From positions 3,846,001 to 3,910,000 of the forward strand of contig CM075992.1 of assembly GCA_038087875.1 (NCBI GenBank): a stretch of 64,000 bases of DNA, in the 5' to 3' direction. This document shows, piece after piece, positions 62,362 through 64,000 of this stretch (the first letter of the stretch is position 1; every line of letters starts with the position of its first letter). The notes under the pieces are model-generated. The model did not search any database. It was given only the letters and a program-made list of their open reading frames with translations, and was not told where the DNA came from. Source of the DNA: Malacoraja senta (taxonomy: Eukaryota). A program made the position numbers and the translations under genes.

Positions 62362-63599
62362 GAGAGAAATTGGTCATAAAACTCAGCAAGACACATGAAA
62401 CATGAAATTAAATTGACGAGTGGAAAGTCCAGGATTGGGGATGTGCAAAGATTGGGGGGGAGTCAGTCTACCCCATGACAGAAGTGTGAGGCGTTGTACA
62501 GTTTGATAGCCACAGGGAAAATGGATCTCCTGTGGCGTTCTGTGCTGCATCTTGGTGGAAGAGAGATGGATTAGCCTTATAGAGTTAAAAAAATTGAAAA
62601 TAAATTTCCATCTTGGGTCTCGACCCGAAACGTTGCCTTTTTCCTTCGCTCCATAGATGCTGCCTCACCCGCTGAGTTTCTCCAGCATTTTTGTACACCT
62701 CCATTAAAACGTAAATATTTTAGGGAGAGACTTAGTTTAGAGATACATTGGGGAAACAGGCCCTTTGGGTTGCCCTACTGGGTTGAGTCAACCGAGTAAC
62801 TTGGGACAATGGTACTGCTCTTGAGTCAAACCAGAGGAACCTCTTACTGACACCTGGAAGGAACCTTGACTTGGTGTCTGGAGAAGGTCAACTCTGATGG
62901 AGACCATTAGCCTCATTTACTTCAGTTCAGTAGAGGCAGCACAGCGGCAGAGTTGCTGACTCACAGCGCCAGAGACCCGGGTTCCATCCTGACCATGGGT
63001 GCTGTCTGTATGGAATTTGCACGTTCTCCCTGCGCCACCGTGGGTTTTCTCAAGGAGCTCCTGTTTCCTCCCACCCTCCATAGACGTACAGGTTTGTAGA
63101 TTAATTGGCTTTTGCAAATTGTCCCTAGTGTGTGCAGGGTAGGAGGTGATTGCTGGTTGGCGCGGACTACGTGGGCCGAAGGGCCTGTTTCCTCGTGCTA
63201 TCTCTAAATTAAAGTCTAAAAGTGTAGGTGTGGTTTACATTGTAACACTCACATCGAGGTTAACAAACTCCATCTTTTTCCAGTGCCTTCCCGACTGAAG
63301 ACAGCTTGGCCGATGAAGATATCTACAGTGGGCTCTCCGATGTTATTGAGTAAGTCACAACTTATTGCCCCAACCTTCTGCCTTCCCCACTGTCGATGCA
63401 CTCACCACCACTCTGTGAATAAAACCTTCCCCACACATCTCCGTTAAACTTTGTCCCTCTTGCTTTAAAGCTATGCCCTCTAGTATTTGATCTTTCCACC
63501 TCTGACAATCCACCATATCTTTGCCTCTCATAATTTTATATACTTCCATCAGGTCTCCCCTCAACCTCTTGCATTCCAGAGAAAACAATTCAAATCTGT

Positions 63600-63875
63600 T
63601 CAAACATATTAACTCCACTTCCCATTCCCACACTGACCTTTCTGTCCTGGGCCTCCTCCACTGTCAGAGTGAGGCCCAGCGCAAATTGGAGGAACAGCAC
63701 CTCATATTTCGCTTTGGCAGATCGCACCCCAGCAGTATGACTTTTGATTTCTCTAATGTCAAGTAACCCTTGCATTCCCTCTCTCTCCATCCCATCCCCA
63801 CCCGAGTCATCCTGCTAGTTTCACTGTTCGCATCCCTTCATTGTCACCTCTTCCCCAGCCAACAATAGACCATTT
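63600..63875 (+). mobile_element. Penelope-like element, GIY-YIG endonuclease C-terminus and 3' region
   Basis: HINSTSHSHTDLSVLGLLHCQSEAQRKLEEQHLIFRFGRSHPSSMTFDFSNVK* resembles the end of PLE GIY-YIG ORFs; related minus-strand pieces at ~20840-21120 and ~51830-52090 are joined to the hammerhead repeat. Confidence 0.75.
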
Positions 63876-64000
63876 AACACAATTTAACATTTTGTACGCG
63901 GTCACGGGGAAACCGCCGTATAAACTCCGTACAGACAGCACCCGTAGTCAGGATGGAACCTGGGTCTCTGGCGCTGTAAGGCAGCAACTCTACCGCTGCG

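Noticed and set aside
62950..62965. ARE/MARE-like TGCTGACTCAC
   Set aside because: Lies inside a SINE head as a point variant of the consensus TTGCTGCCTCAC.

Overview
Eukaryotic, repeat-rich DNA (well over half transposon-derived by eye), most likely from an elasmobranch (skate, ray or shark). The evidence is abundant HE1/V-type tRNA-derived SINEs, CR1 (HER1-like) LINE 3' ends, Rex1/Babar, Tx1 and Penelope fragments. Two spliced genes lie head-to-head. (1) A complete 7-coding-exon GCLM-like gene (glutamate-cysteine ligase modifier subunit) on the minus strand, 14518 to 1342. It is markedly divergent from canonical vertebrate GCLM and may be an unrecognised paralogue. Four NRF2-type antioxidant response elements cluster around its 5' end. 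(2) Coding exons 1-3 (CH domain) of a VAV-family GEF on the plus strand (22186, 38818, 61555) with mixed VAV1/VAV3 features; this gene continues beyond the window. Each gene carries a single 1-nt indel, probably an assembly error, and a 200-N gap separates the two genes. The transposon fraction contains two classes of predicted self-cleaving ribozyme. One is an HDV-like ribozyme that forms the exact 5' end of a ~145-bp Ingi/Vingi-like short retroelement (2 copies). The other is a set of minimal hammerheads in Penelope-derived repeats. Comparisons with human proteins and exon sizes are from memory; no database search was run.
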